A DNA stretch of 64,000 nt, from contig CAVUWA010000002.1 of the NCBI GenBank assembly GCA_963744995.1, positions 64,001 through 128,000 of the forward strand. The letters are read 5' to 3'. Numbering within the stretch: the stretch's first letter is position 1; each line of letters opens with the position of its first letter. The notes under the pieces are model-generated. The model was not told where the DNA came from and made no database searches. It saw nothing but the letters and a program-made list of their open reading frames with translations. The position numbers were made by a program, and so were the translations under genes. The DNA comes from Candidatus Eiseniibacteriota bacterium. GTDB taxonomy: Bacteria; Eisenbacteria; RBG-16-71-46. Below, one piece after another: positions 51,301 through 58,911 of the stretch.

Positions 51301-51562
51301 CGAACCCGCGCCGGTCCACCGGCAGCAGCAGCGCGCACGGCCGCTTGTCGTGCGCCGTCAGCGTCGCGCCCGGGAGCGGCGTGAGCCCCTCGCGCAGCGC
51401 CTCGCGATAGAACCGCACCACCAGATACAGATTGTCCCGGTCGGTGAGCGCCAGCGCCCCGTACCCGCGTTCGAGCGCCCGCCCGATCAACGCCTCCGGC
51501 GCCGCCGTCCCGTACAGCAGCGACCCGTGCGAGTGCACGCGCAGCGGCGTGAAGGCGTTCAT
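48308..51562 (-). CDS. dnaE2: DNA polymerase III alpha subunit, DnaE2-like (error-prone)
   Basis: PHP (HSHGS, LTDRD), GRGSGAAS, FERFLN..R...PDLDID, KMDLLG, GFCKAHA, OB fold; ends without a tau-binding domain. Confidence 0.9.
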   Translation of the reverse strand: MNAFTPLRVHSHGSLLYGTAAPEALIGRALERGYGALALTDRDNLYLVVRFYREALREGLTPLPGATLTAHDKRPCALLLPVDRRGFAHLSEILTRRHLDARFDPVIAIAERHAGLHVIVESAALAAALLQAGVPAAAPWDASGARRPRDAGLWIGVRGVAAERPQLAQRLTAARRLGVAPVATGDVVLLDPADHDAHRAAVTAAAGELIDRMPPAAFCAREAWLAAPEEWARRVTRVCGAAGVPEAAAAALANNRALVERCRMTLDLGTPIFPRAPLPPGADGHARLREICDAGLTRRYANGRTRAARARLTTELDMIARMGFTDYFLLVAEIVGFARARGIPTVGRGSGAASIVSYVLGITNADPLRYELCFERFLNPSRRDCPDLDIDLCWRRRDEVIAHVYDTYGHDRVAMISTHTTLGARSAFRETAKALGVPNARVNALAKHVPRSLEAPYATQLRREPGGRRVDWEEPVLAEALRLAEKLDGAPRHLSIHCGGVVIADRPITYYVPLQRAAKHVVVTQFEMRAIEAIGLVKMDLLGNRALSTIGECVSLAQTHRGVTIDVDAIPDPDPVTAARLAAGDTLNCFQLESPAMRHLLRMLRCGTLEETIAAVALVRPGPAESGMKEAYCRRQRGLERPRFHHPRIEPVLAGTHGVMLYEEDVMRVAAALTGISLAEGDDLRRALGAARGDEAFRSLERGFVLQAKRAGVDAATARVVWRDLTRFAAYGFCKAHAAGYGTLGYQSAYLKAHFPAEYAVGILNHHAGMYATWVHVEDLRRRGVVFLAPCALRSAWDSTLEPDGRVRVGLSRVYGLHEATARRLIAERERRAFAGLADCVARVRPALPELEALILSGAFDWTGRSRPSLLLEARANAGTDGGARRAAGRDAAARVVAATAWDRVSARGAAAGDTARATPPAAHARAVSGAMPLLAGPGGATLEAPAVAIVATPEIPEFDVRDRVIGECRATGLWFTAHPLDVLIDPGARAGVVPAAEVVAHAGRRVRVVGLPCASRRVETKSGGTMLFMTLADESGVIECTLFPDACRRLYGATRGQVLRLEGRVEETLDAVSVTVERAEALA

Positions 51563-51603
51563 GCGCACGGACGCCCGCAGCGATGCGAAGCGAGCACGAC
51601 GCA

Positions 51604-51753
51604 GGCGCGGGGCGAAGCCGGAAAGCCCTCGGGCGGACGCCCCGCAGGCGAGCAGGAGCCAGGGATGGCGGGCTCGCCGAGGGAGAAGAACGCGCCGGCA
51701 GGAGCCGGCGCGATTCTGGTCCGCCCGAGGGCTTTCCGGCTTCGCCCCGCGCC
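51604..51753. repeat. 150-bp element with perfect 35-bp terminal inverted repeats (MITE/REP-like or structured RNA)
   Basis: 51604-51638 is the exact reverse complement of 51719-51753; internal hairpin CGCGCCGGC-AGGA-GCCGGCGCG. Confidence 0.85.
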
Positions 51754-51836
51754 GTCACCCGGGCACCCGGCGCCGACTCTGTCTCGCGCCGCGCCGCGAA
51801 TCGTGCACGCGACGAGCGCCGCGCGCCGCGCCGCGA

Positions 51837-52511
51837 CTACGCTCCCGGCCCGAACTCCGGCATCGTGCGCCCGCCCGTCACGCGCCACCGCACCGCCGGC
51901 AGCGCGTCGCGTTCGAAGTTCCGGTACGTCAGCACGCGTCTGAGCAGCCGCGCGCCCCATTCGCGCTGGGCGTCGCTCAGCGTCGGGCCGTCGCCTGCGA
52001 AGCGGAAGTTGCATACCTCCAGATCGCCGCCGTTCATCCAGCACACGATCAGCCAGTACTCCGGGCCCTGCGCGCCCGCGATCCTGAGCCACAGGTCCGC
52101 GACCTCGAAGTCGCCCACGTGCTGCGTGCGCGCGTGCAGCACCATGGCGTCCGAGAACCGCATCACCCGCTGCAGCGCGATCGCCGGGGGCGTCGTCTCC
52201 GGGAAGCCGCGGCGCACCACCGCCGCGCTCGGCTCGACGCGCATCGGCGGGTCGAACGGCGGCGGCGTCGCCAGCTCGAAGCACACCGCCTCCGCACGGT
52301 GTCGCGGCGCCAGGTCCACCGGCCGCCGCGTCCACGTGTCGGCCAGCGCCGAGGCCAGCGCCGCGATGAACAGCGCCGGCAGCAGCGCGCCCAGCCAGGT
52401 GAGCGCCGTGCGCCCGCGCCGGCGTGCGCGCTGCTCGATCGCCCGTGGGGAGACGGGCGCCGTGAACAGCCGGGTGAGCAGCGAACGCCGCGCGTCGTGG
52501 AGGTCCGACAT
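51837..52511 (-). CDS. Hypothetical membrane-anchored protein
   Basis: 224-aa ORF with one TM (LTWLGALLPALFIAALASALA) and a globular-looking remainder. Confidence 0.7.
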   Translation of the reverse strand: MSDLHDARRSLLTRLFTAPVSPRAIEQRARRRGRTALTWLGALLPALFIAALASALADTWTRRPVDLAPRHRAEAVCFELATPPPFDPPMRVEPSAAVVRRGFPETTPPAIALQRVMRFSDAMVLHARTQHVGDFEVADLWLRIAGAQGPEYWLIVCWMNGGDLEVCNFRFAGDGPTLSDAQREWGARLLRRVLTYRNFERDALPAVRWRVTGGRTMPEFGPGA

Positions 52512-52555
52512 GATCAGGGGTTATCGGCATGGCGGTCGTGACGCGTGAGGGCGCG

Positions 52556-54115
52556 CTATTTCGTGAGCGAGGGCGTGCGCAGCACGAAGCCGTGCCGGTC
52601 CTCGCTCACCCGGCCCCTGAGGTGCAGCGCGCGCCCCGACACCAGCACGCCGTGGCCGAATTCCGTGCGCACGCCGTCGAACGCCTCGTAGAGCGCGGCA
52701 CGGTGTCCCGCCTCGCGCTCGTCGAACAGCGAGCCCTGCTCGCCCGCGGCGCGCACGAAGTTCGACAGCGTGACGCCGATCGCGTGCAGCGCGGCGCGGC
52801 GTGTGAACAGGCGGCGCAGGAGGTCGAGCGCCAGCTCGAGCACCACCGGGTCGTTGTGCGTCGGTGTGCCGAGCGTGCGCGCGCGCTCGTCGCCGTCACC
52901 GCCCGCGTAGCGCAGCCGCACGGAGACCGTGCGCGGGCGGATGCTGATCTCGCGCGCCGTGCGGCACGCGCGGCCCACCAGGTACTCCATCATGCCTTCG
53001 TGCTCGACGCGGTCGGCCGTGTCGCGGTGGAACGACGTCTCGCGCGAGATCGAGAGCGGCACCTCGCGCCCGGTGACCGGCGCCGTGTCGAAGCCGCGGC
53101 AGCGCTCGAACAGCAGCCGCCCCGGCGCGCCGAACAGCGCCTCGAGCGCGGGCACCGGCAGCGCGCGCAGGTCGGCGATCGTGCGGATGTTCATCGAGCG
53201 CAGCGTCTTCGCGTGCGCGCGGCCGACCCCGGCGAGCTGCTCGACCGGCCGCCCGGCGAGGAACGCGTCGGCCTCCGCCGCGTGGATCCGGGCGAGGCCG
53301 TCGGGCTTCGCCGTCTTGCCGATCAGTTTGGCGAGCATCCGGTTCGGCCCGATCCCGCAGGTGACCGTGAGCCCGGTCGCGCTGCGGATCGCGGCCTTGA
53401 GCCGCTGCGCCATCGCCGTCAGGTCGCCGTGCAGGCGGTCGGTGCCGGTGAGGTCGCAGTAGGCCTCGTCGAGGAACGTCTCCACCGCGGGCGCCACCTG
53501 CCGGCAGCATTCGAAGATCTGCTCGGCGAAGCAGCGGTAGACCTGCGCGTGGCCGTCGATGATCACGGCCTGCGGGCACAGCCGCCGCGCCTCGGAGAGC
53601 GGCATGCCCGCGTGCAGACCGAAGCGCCGCGCCTCGTACGAGCACGACGCGATCACGCCCGCGCCGACGATCACCGGCCTGCCGGCGAGGCGCGGATCGC
53701 GCTGCTGCTCGATCGCCGCGAAGAACGCATCGATGTCGACGTGCAGGATCGTGCGCGGCGCGGACGCCGGCACCGCGACGGACGCGCGGGAGGGGGGCGC
53801 GGCGGCCGGCCCGGGGGCCGCGGCGTGGTCGTGCGCCGCGCCGTGCACGGCACGCGCCACCCCTCCTGCATCGTTCACCGCTCCAGGGTGGGTCACGCCG
53901 GGCACTTCGGCCATCCCCGCGATGCCGGTCCCGGCCGTGACCTCACCCGTGGAGCTTTCTCTTTCGTTCACCGCGGCGCGCTCCGGATCGACGGGTGCCG
54001 TCTGGTGCGTCCCGGAGTGGCGTCGCGCCTCGTGCGCTTCGCCGTGCGCCGCGGTGAAAGGGCGTGGGGGACGTTCGTCGTCGTGGCGCGGGCTGTGGAC
54101 CTTGTCGAACCCCAT
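52556..54115 (-). CDS. dinB: Y-family DNA polymerase (Pol IV/DinB-like) with long N-terminal extension
   Basis: LHVDIDAFFAAIE, SCSYEARRFG, FLDEAYCD, NRMLAK..KPDG, QGSLF clamp motif; TGATG coupling to the upstream gene. Confidence 0.9.
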   Translation of the reverse strand: MGFDKVHSPRHDDERPPRPFTAAHGEAHEARRHSGTHQTAPVDPERAAVNERESSTGEVTAGTGIAGMAEVPGVTHPGAVNDAGGVARAVHGAAHDHAAAPGPAAAPPSRASVAVPASAPRTILHVDIDAFFAAIEQQRDPRLAGRPVIVGAGVIASCSYEARRFGLHAGMPLSEARRLCPQAVIIDGHAQVYRCFAEQIFECCRQVAPAVETFLDEAYCDLTGTDRLHGDLTAMAQRLKAAIRSATGLTVTCGIGPNRMLAKLIGKTAKPDGLARIHAAEADAFLAGRPVEQLAGVGRAHAKTLRSMNIRTIADLRALPVPALEALFGAPGRLLFERCRGFDTAPVTGREVPLSISRETSFHRDTADRVEHEGMMEYLVGRACRTAREISIRPRTVSVRLRYAGGDGDERARTLGTPTHNDPVVLELALDLLRRLFTRRAALHAIGVTLSNFVRAAGEQGSLFDEREAGHRAALYEAFDGVRTEFGHGVLVSGRALHLRGRVSEDRHGFVLRTPSLTK

Positions 54116-54369
54116 CACCCCTCCAGCGAAACCGAATCGACCCGCCACACCATGTCGGCCGTGTACAGGTGCAGCTGATAGACGTCGCCGCTTCCGGTCG
54201 TGACCGAGAAATAGTGGCGCGCCTGCCGTCCTGCCCGGTCCACCCAGCGGGCGTTCACCTGCGTCACGCGGTGCTCGCGGCCCCGCAGCCGGAAGGCCAG
54301 CGGGGTCACGCTGCCGCCGCGAAAATCGGCGCGGACCGGAACGGCTTCGTCGATCGCTTCGAGTCGCAT
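54115..54369 (-). CDS. Small ImuB-C/DUF6504-like protein
   Basis: P.AF..RG..H.V.....W.......YFSV....G..YQL......W pattern; first gene of the polymerase cassette. Confidence 0.7.
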   Translation of the reverse strand: MRLEAIDEAVPVRADFRGGSVTPLAFRLRGREHRVTQVNARWVDRAGRQARHYFSVTTGSGDVYQLHLYTADMVWRVDSVSLEG

Positions 54370-54391
54370 GGTGGACCTGGCTGGCGCAGCC

Positions 54392-54411
54392 TACTGCACG
54401 GATGTGCAGTA
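54392..54411. promoter_or_regulatory. SOS-box-like palindrome within the promoter of the mutagenesis cassette
   Basis: TACTGCAC-GGAT-GTGCAGTA lies between minus-strand TTGCGT (-35) and TAGGCT (-10). Confidence 0.7.
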
Positions 54412-54509
54412 ACGCAAGAGGCAAATTGATCCTTTTGCGGGGCCATGGCTTAGAATCCCGGCCCCGTAGCCGACACCCGGTCCCACCGCACCCACAGGAG
54501 CACGAATCC

Positions 54510-54704
54510 ATGAAGCGCATCGCCCTCACGCTGGCTTTCGCCGCACTCTCCGCCGCCCCCGCGTTCGCCCATCCGGGCCACGGTCTCGACGACGGCTTCT
54601 CGCTCAGGCACTACCTGACGTCGCCCGAGCACATGGGCCTCGCGCTGATCGCGGTGCTCGTCGTGGCGGGTCTGTACGTGATGGCGCGCCGGCGCGCGCG
54701 CTGA
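54510..54704 (+). CDS. Small exported His-rich membrane protein
   Basis: Signal peptide AFA-HPGHG, HYLTSPEH, C-terminal TM and RRRAR; AGGAG RBS. Confidence 0.75.
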   Translation: MKRIALTLAFAALSAAPAFAHPGHGLDDGFSLRHYLTSPEHMGLALIAVLVVAGLYVMARRRAR

Positions 54705-54766
54705 GGCGCGTCCGCCGCAGGATGCGGCGGCCCGTCCGTCTCCATGGAAGGAAGGAAACGAGTCCC

Positions 54767-55600
54767 ATGAAGCGCCTCGCCCCGTTCGTCGTCGCATGCG
54801 CTTTTCTGCTGATCGCGATCTTCACGCGCCCGGCGCCCGCCGAGCTCAAGTTCACCGAGCTCGGCAAGGGGCCGACGATCGTGCTGGTCCACGGCCTCGG
54901 CGGCGCACGCATGACCTGGCTGCCGGTCGCGCGCAAGCTGATCGGCAACTACCACGTCGTCATGCTCGATCTGCCGGGGCACGGCGACAGCCCGCTGCCG
55001 GATCCGTTCTCGCTCGAAGCGTGCGGCACCGATCTCCTCGCCGCGCTCGTGAAGTACGACCCGAAGACCACCGTGCTGGTCGGCCTCGGCGCGGGCGGGC
55101 TCGTGTCGCTCGAGGCGCTCGGCCAGAAGCCGGACGCCGTGGCCGGCCTCGTGCTGGTCGAGGCGACCGCGAAGTCGCCGCTCGACATTCCCGATCAGCA
55201 GCAGAAGATGTTCATGCAGCAGCTCGATACGCAGTACGACGGCTTCATGCGCATGCTCTACGACGGCCTGGCACGCGATTCGACGCAGGCCGTCAAGCTG
55301 CGCGCCGACGCGATGCGGGTCGAGCCGCGCCACATCAAGGCCTACATGCGCTACATGCTGAAGGCGGACGCGTCGGGCGCATTCAGGAAGATCAAGGCGC
55401 CGATCATGGTCGTGGTCTCCGACCGGCGCTGGCCGAAGGACAAGCCGTGGTCCGAGATCGCCGCCGAGCTCGGCTATGCCGGCGTGCCGAACCTCGACGT
55501 GCACCGCGTCTCGAACAGCGGCTACATGGTGCACCTGGATCAGCCGGACTCGCTCGCCGCGCTGATCGGATCGTTCACGTCGAAGGTGGTGAAGCCCTGA
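54767..55600 (+). CDS. Exported alpha/beta hydrolase-fold protein lacking the nucleophile Ser
   Basis: VLVHGLGG, DLPGHGDS, but GLGAGG at the elbow and SGYMV at the His position. Confidence 0.85.
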   Translation: MKRLAPFVVACAFLLIAIFTRPAPAELKFTELGKGPTIVLVHGLGGARMTWLPVARKLIGNYHVVMLDLPGHGDSPLPDPFSLEACGTDLLAALVKYDPKTTVLVGLGAGGLVSLEALGQKPDAVAGLVLVEATAKSPLDIPDQQQKMFMQQLDTQYDGFMRMLYDGLARDSTQAVKLRADAMRVEPRHIKAYMRYMLKADASGAFRKIKAPIMVVVSDRRWPKDKPWSEIAAELGYAGVPNLDVHRVSNSGYMVHLDQPDSLAALIGSFTSKVVKP

Positions 55601-55645
55601 CGCGGCACGCCGTGCGCGCGCTGCATCGTTTCCCGTGAGACGCCC

Positions 55646-56284
55646 GTGCCGGACCTCGCGTCGCTGACCCTGTTCTTCGTCGCCGCCGTCCTCCTGCTGG
55701 TCACGCCGGGGCCGGCGGTGCTCTACATCGTCGCGCGCAGTGTGGACCAGGGCTGGAAGGCGGGGCTGGTCTCGTCGCTCGGCGTGTCGGCGGGCTCGCT
55801 GGTGCAGGTGTTCGCCGCGGCGTTCGGGCTGTCGGCCATCGTGCTGTCGTCGGTCGCCGCCTTCGCCGCGATCAAGTACCTCGGCGCCGCGTACCTCGTC
55901 TGGCTCGGCGTGCAGAAGATCTTCTCGCGCGGGAAGGGCGACATGGACCCGCACCTCGCGCGCGACCCCATGCGGCGGATCTTCACGCAGGGCATCGTCG
56001 TCAACCTGCTGAACCCCAAGTCCGCGCTGTTCCTGGTCGCGTTCCTGCCGCAGTTCGTGGACGTCGCGAAGGGCCACGTCGCCGCGCAGATCGTCGCGCT
56101 CGGCCTGATCTTCATCATCATGGGGATCATGAGCGACAGCGTCTACGCCCTGGCCGCGGGCTCGATCGCCGAGCGGCTGCGCCGGCGTCCCGGGCTGGTG
56201 CGCCGCCAGCGCTTCTTCACCGGCGGGCTGTACATCCTGCTCGGGCTGACCGCCGCGTTCGCGGGCCCGGGGAAGCACAAGTAG
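55646..56284 (+). CDS. LysE/RhtB family translocator
   Basis: TPGP, IKYLGAAYL.WLG, NLLNPK.ALF..AFLPQF. Confidence 0.93.
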   Translation: MPDLASLTLFFVAAVLLLVTPGPAVLYIVARSVDQGWKAGLVSSLGVSAGSLVQVFAAAFGLSAIVLSSVAAFAAIKYLGAAYLVWLGVQKIFSRGKGDMDPHLARDPMRRIFTQGIVVNLLNPKSALFLVAFLPQFVDVAKGHVAAQIVALGLIFIIMGIMSDSVYALAAGSIAERLRRRPGLVRRQRFFTGGLYILLGLTAAFAGPGKHK

Positions 56285-56291
56285 CGCGCCT

Positions 56292-56318
56292 TCAGCCCCA
56301 GCCGCCGCCCGCCGATAA
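56292..56318 (+). promoter_or_regulatory. sigma28-like promoter
   Basis: TCAG-N15-GCCGATAA. Confidence 0.4.
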
Positions 56319-56354
56319 CGAGAGAGCGCCGCTCCATCCGCGGCCTCTCTCGCC

Positions 56355-57203
56355 ATGAACCGAATCCGCTATCTGCTCTACCTGATCCTCGTCGCCGCGC
56401 CGCTGGCGCTGGTGTACGGGCCGCGCATTGCGCCGCCGCCCGCCTCCGCGAGCTACGTCATGGGCCGCGGCCCGACGATCGTGCTCGTGCACGGGCTCGG
56501 CAGCCGCGTCGACCACTGGTTCCCGGTCGGGCGCGAGCTGGCGCGCGAATTCCGCGTGGTGTTCGTGGACCTGCCGGGACACGGCGCGAGCGACCTCGAG
56601 AACCTGACGCTCGAGCGCGCCCGCGCGAGCCTCGACCGCGTGCTGCAGCAGGAGCCGGGGCCGGTGATCCTGGTCGGCCATTCGGTGGGCGGGCTGCTCG
56701 TCACGGACGAGGCGCTCGCGCGCCCCGGCCGCGTGCGCGGCCTGGTGCTGATCGAGACCGCGCTCAGGCCGCAGTTCGAAGGCGAAGAAGCGGCCCGGCT
56801 GCGCGCCGCGCTGCAGGACGACTACAGGGACGTGATCGCTTCGGCCTATCGCTCGTTCGGCCGCGATTCCACGCAGGGCGAAGCGCTGGCGAAGGAGGCC
56901 CTGCAGACCGATCCGGGCGTGATGCGCGCGTGGATCAACATGGCCCTGAACGACGACCTGTCCGAAGACGCCTCCGCGCTCTCGATGCCGGTGCTCGCCG
57001 TGCTCTCGGACCGCTCGTGGACGCCGCGGGAATCGTGGAGCGACGTGGCCGCTGCGCTCGGCTACGAGCGCGTACCGGAAATCCACGGCGTGCGCGTCGC
57101 GAACAGCGGTCACTTCGTGATGCTCGACCATCCGACCCGGGTGGCGCGCCTCATCGCGGGCTTCGCGCGGCACCCCGAGTCCGAGCCCGTCGCGTTGCGG
57201 TAG
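56355..57203 (+). CDS. Exported alpha/beta hydrolase
   Basis: VLVHGLGS, DLPGHG, GHSVGG, SGHFVMLD. Confidence 0.9.
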   Translation: MNRIRYLLYLILVAAPLALVYGPRIAPPPASASYVMGRGPTIVLVHGLGSRVDHWFPVGRELAREFRVVFVDLPGHGASDLENLTLERARASLDRVLQQEPGPVILVGHSVGGLLVTDEALARPGRVRGLVLIETALRPQFEGEEAARLRAALQDDYRDVIASAYRSFGRDSTQGEALAKEALQTDPGVMRAWINMALNDDLSEDASALSMPVLAVLSDRSWTPRESWSDVAAALGYERVPEIHGVRVANSGHFVMLDHPTRVARLIAGFARHPESEPVALR

Positions 57204-57246
57204 CCGCACCAGGTGGAGGCGCCCGCACGGGCGCGCGGTCGGGGCG

Positions 57247-57260
57247 GCAAGTTCTTCAAT
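57247..57260 (+). promoter_or_regulatory. Putative enhancer motif
   Basis: GCAAGTTCTTCAAT, about 88 bp before a -24/-12 box. Confidence 0.4.
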
Positions 57261-57347
57261 CGCGCAACCTTCGGGCATTCCGCAGCGGCATGTTTCGAAT
57301 TCCGGTGAACGCGTCGCCTCGGCGCCACGGGCCCCGCCGGACTCGCG

Positions 57348-57362
57348 TGGCGGCGAGTCTGC
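57348..57362 (+). promoter_or_regulatory. sigma54 -24/-12 promoter
   Basis: TGGCGGCGAGTCTGC (GG-N10-GC). Confidence 0.5.
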
Positions 57363-57388
57363 TAAGGTGTGGGGTTACGGAGGCTCCC

Positions 57389-58711
57389 ATGCTGCGGGCA
57401 CTTTTCGTCGACGACAATTCCGAGTTTCTCAGCGGGCTCATCGAGGTCGCCAGCGGGGAGGGGTTCGCCGTCAGCGGCGCCCGCTCGCTGCGGGAGGCTC
57501 GCGAGTGCCTCGCGAATGGTCCGGTCGATCTCGTCGTGGTCGACCTGGTGCTGCCGGACGGCGAAGGAACCTCGCTGCTCAGGGAGCTCAAGGAATCCTC
57601 CGATTCCGAGGTGATTCTCGTCTCGGGTGTGGCCACGGTGGACTCCGCGATCGAGGCCCTGCGCCTCGGCGCCCTCGACTACCTCACCAAGCCCATCGAC
57701 AACAGGCGTCTGAAGTCCGTGCTCAACCACGTGCTCCGCCTGCGATCGCTCAAGGAAGAGGTCGGCACGCTGCGCGGCGAACTCCGCAAGGTCGGTCGCT
57801 TCGGACGGCTGATCGGCATTTCGCCTGCGATGCAGCACGTGTACGACCAGATGACCAGGGTGGCTCCGACGGATGCCACGGTCTTCATCGTGGGCGAGAG
57901 CGGAACGGGCAAGGAAGTGGTCGCCCAGACGATCTACGAGATCAGCAACCGCCGGCGGAAGCCGTTCCTGCCGCTCGACTGTGGCGCCATCCCCGCGAAT
58001 CTGATCGAGAGCGAGCTGTTCGGTCACGAACGCGGCAGTTTCACGGGCGCGACTCAGCTGCGGCGCGGCTGCTTCGAACGCGCGGCCGGCGGCACGTTGT
58101 TCCTCGACGAGATCACCGAGATGCCGATCGAGCTCCAGGTCAAGCTCCTGCGAGTGCTCGAGTCCGGCTCGCTCACCCGCGTGGGAGGCGAGGAAGCCGT
58201 TCCGGTGAACGTGCGCCTGATCGCCGCGTCCAACCGCGTTCCGGCGGAAGCCGTGCGGGAAGGGAAGCTGCGCGAGGACCTGTACTACCGGATCAACGTG
58301 TTCCCCATCGCCCTGCCGCCGCTGCGCGATCGAGAGGACGATGTCGTCCTGCTGGCCGAGCGGTTCCTGGAGGCGCTGAATGCCGCGGAGGGGACCTCCA
58401 AGCAGCTGAGCGCTGAGGCTCGTGAGCGCATCCGAACGCATCCGTGGCGCGGCAACGTGCGGGAACTCAAGAACGAGATCCATCGCGCCTTCATCATGAA
58501 CGACAGCGTGCTGGATTTCCGGGGGCTGAGCGCCGGGCCCGGCCCCGCGCCACCGGAGGCCGAGGTCGGCCTCTCGCTCGAGGAGTCCGAGCGCCAGCTC
58601 ATCCTCGCGACGCTCGCCCAGTGCGGCGGCGACAAGAAGAAGGCCGCGAAGATCCTGGGCGTCAGCCTCAAGACGCTCTACAACCGGCTCCATCTCTACG
58701 CCGGAAGCTGA
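57389..58711 (+). CDS. sigma54-dependent response regulator (NtrC family), paralog of 28661-30067
   Basis: [56 protein letters not shown]. Confidence 0.95.
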   Translation: MLRALFVDDNSEFLSGLIEVASGEGFAVSGARSLREARECLANGPVDLVVVDLVLPDGEGTSLLRELKESSDSEVILVSGVATVDSAIEALRLGALDYLTKPIDNRRLKSVLNHVLRLRSLKEEVGTLRGELRKVGRFGRLIGISPAMQHVYDQMTRVAPTDATVFIVGESGTGKEVVAQTIYEISNRRRKPFLPLDCGAIPANLIESELFGHERGSFTGATQLRRGCFERAAGGTLFLDEITEMPIELQVKLLRVLESGSLTRVGGEEAVPVNVRLIAASNRVPAEAVREGKLREDLYYRINVFPIALPPLRDREDDVVLLAERFLEALNAAEGTSKQLSAEARERIRTHPWRGNVRELKNEIHRAFIMNDSVLDFRGLSAGPGPAPPEAEVGLSLEESERQLILATLAQCGGDKKKAAKILGVSLKTLYNRLHLYAGS

Positions 58712-58911
58712 AACGTTTCGGCGCCCGGCCCACCGGCGCGGGCCTCATTCCCGCGCTGCTGCTTCTCCATCCTGCGACCGAGCGCAGCTTCGACCTGGTC
58801 CTCGAGCGGATCGCCGGCGACATCCGCGCTTCGGCGCCGCGGGGGCGCGCCAGTTCGGAGCGCCCCTGCAGCGGGGCGCCCCGAGTCTCGCTCATCGGCT
58901 GCGGCTGCGTC

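Noticed and set aside
48308..54369. Prophage or ICE origin of the polymerase cassette
   Set aside because: No integrase, att-like repeat, phage or conjugation gene visible
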